A stretch of 64,000 nucleotides of DNA from Acidobacteriaceae bacterium (GTDB lineage: Bacteria; Acidobacteriota; Terriglobia; Terriglobales; Acidobacteriaceae), in contig DATDHZ010000080.1 of NCBI GenBank assembly GCA_036521315.1, positions 116,756 to 180,755 on the forward strand. The letters run 5' to 3'. The notes under the pieces were generated by a model that saw only the letters and a program-made list of their open reading frames with translations, ran no database searches and was not told the origin of the DNA. Made by a program: the position numbers and the translations under genes. Position 1 is the stretch's first letter. Every line of letters begins with the position of its first letter. This document shows, one piece after another, positions 63,054-64,000 of this stretch.

Positions 63054-64000
63054 ATGGATCGCTGGGAAGATCGACGCAAGCGTTTAGAGGACGAAATGCA
63101 GCAGCACATCGACCTTGAAGCCCAGGAGAACATGGATGCCGGCATGTCGCCCGCCGAAGCCCGCCACGCCGCCATCCGCAAATTCGGTAACGTAGCCGCC
63201 GCCGGCGATGAATCCCGCGAAGCGTGGGGCTGGCTGTGGCCCGAGCACCTCCTGCAGGACCTGCGCTTCGCGCTGCGCACCTTCCGCAAAAATGCCGGCT
63301 TTACCCTTGTGGCGGTACTCTCGCTGATGCTCGGCATTGGCGCCAGCATCGCGTTGTTCAGCGTGGTCTACGGCGTCCTCATCGCGCCTTATCCCTACGC
63401 CAGGCCCAACCAGATCTGGGCCCCGGCGGTCCTCGGTCCCAAAGACGCCGCAAACGGCTGGCACTGGTATTCCCAGCGCGAAATGCAGGAAATCGAGAAG
63501 CTGCCTGCGTTTTCCGAGGTGATGGCGACGAATCCGAAGCGGGTGATGCTGACCGGCGGCATCAATCCGGAGAGCTTCTTCGGAGTCTTTCTGACCGGCA
63601 ATGCTTTCAACTTCCTCGGAGTGAAGCCACTGCTGGGGCGAACGATCCAGCCTTTTGATATCGGACCCGGCGGCCAGCCCGCGCCGGTCGTGGTGCTGAC
63701 TTACGGATTCTGGCAGCGCTTCTTCTCGGGCGACCCTCATGCCCTCGGGCGGAGGATTACGGTTGACGATGTGCCGCGCACCATCATTGGAGTCATGCCG
63801 CCGCGCTTTGGCTGGTGGACCAACGAGGCATTCTGGCTGCCTCTGCCGACCGATCTGAAAGATCCTGGCGGTCTCGCGGTCATCATGCGCCTCGCGCCCG
63901 GCGTCACGCAGCATGCCGCGGAGCAACAGCTCAACCAGCTGGACATCCATTTCGCAGCCGAGCACCCTGACGACTACCCGAAAGGCCAGCTCCGGACCAT
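63054..64000 (+). CDS. Second ADOP-family duplicated permease with a 'permease prefix' N-terminal segment. It is partial and runs off the window, so it is absent from the ORF track.
   Basis: Hand translation from ATG 63054: MDRWEDRRKRLEDEMQQHIDLEAQENMDAGMSPAEARHAAIRKFGNVAAAGDESREAWGWLWPEHLLQDLRFALRTFRKNAGFTLVAVLSLMLGIGASIALFSVVYGVLI... The frame is open to nt 64000. Confidence 0.85.
   Translation, partial: MDRWEDRRKRLEDEMQQHIDLEAQENMDAGMSPAEARHAAIRKFGNVAAAGDESREAWGWLWPEHLLQDLRFALRTFRKNAGFTLVAVLSLMLGIGASIALFSVVYGVLIAPYPYARPNQIWAPAVLGPKDAANGWHWYSQREMQEIEKLPAFSEVMATNPKRVMLTGGINPESFFGVFLTGNAFNFLGVKPLLGRTIQPFDIGPGGQPAPVVVLTYGFWQRFFSGDPHALGRRITVDDVPRTIIGVMPPRFGWWTNEAFWLPLPTDLKDPGGLAVIMRLAPGVTQHAAEQQLNQLDIHFAAEHPDDYPKGQLRT

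Noticed and set aside
1-64000. CRISPR arrays, rRNA/tRNA genes, prophage or defence-system genes.
   Set aside because: Reading all intergenic regions over 80 bp revealed no regularly spaced repeats, no cloverleaf candidates and no nuclease, helicase or methylase-type defence genes. All large ORFs are accounted for by envelope, efflux, regulatory or carbohydrate functions.

Overview
High-GC chromosomal segment whose gene families point to an Acidobacteriota (Acidobacteriaceae-like) genome. This is an inference from hallmark families: PadR plus ADOP orphan MacB-type permeases, CarboxypepD_reg-type TonB-dependent receptors, CRTAC1/ASPIC-UnbV, and BlaI/BlaR1-like pairs. All calls come from reading the supplied translations and the DNA by eye; no searches were run. 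I support about 38 protein-coding genes, one decayed gene remnant and several candidate operators and promoters. I found no rRNA, tRNA, CRISPR array, transposase, integrase or phage gene. Layout: (1) 1-7.1 kb, envelope module: htrA/degP (partial), a blaI-blaR1-like pair, and a large DUF3857/transglutaminase/TPR protein. (2) 7.1-15.0 kb, a NarL-type two-component system plus czcCBA-type RND metal efflux, ending against a frameshifted trehalase remnant. (3) 15.5-28.2 kb, a minus-strand operon of TonB-dependent receptor, two amylo-alpha-1,6-glucosidase-like proteins and a GH36 enzyme, with a divergent membrane-anchored winged-helix regulator. (4) 28.2-31.1 kb, a TPR protein and a CRTAC1 protein. 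(5) 31.4-44.1 kb, an aga-like locus: clan GH-D alpha-galactosidase with PKD domain, DeoR/AgaR-like regulator, PfkB kinase, AgaS, a TonB-dependent receptor, two DUF4185-like proteins and an esterase. (6) 44.1-59.9 kb, a second DeoR-controlled sugar locus: two Tat-exported unassigned glycosidase-like proteins, tandem cupin-type PGI genes, a long PMI, a ROK kinase, an MFS sugar porter, an SDR-UxuA-lactonase operon and a mutarotase-like protein. (7) 60-64 kb, PadR flanked by two ADOP permeases. The most interesting signals are: a shared dyad tying the BlaI/BlaR1-like switch to the htrA promoter; AgaR-type CTTTCGTTT operators that define a SusD-less TonB-dependent glycan locus with twin DUF4185-like genes; a near-identical promoter/operator module shared by the cupin-PGI and ROK-PMI operons; and a possible oxidative mannose-to-KDG route sitting next to a phosphorylative one.
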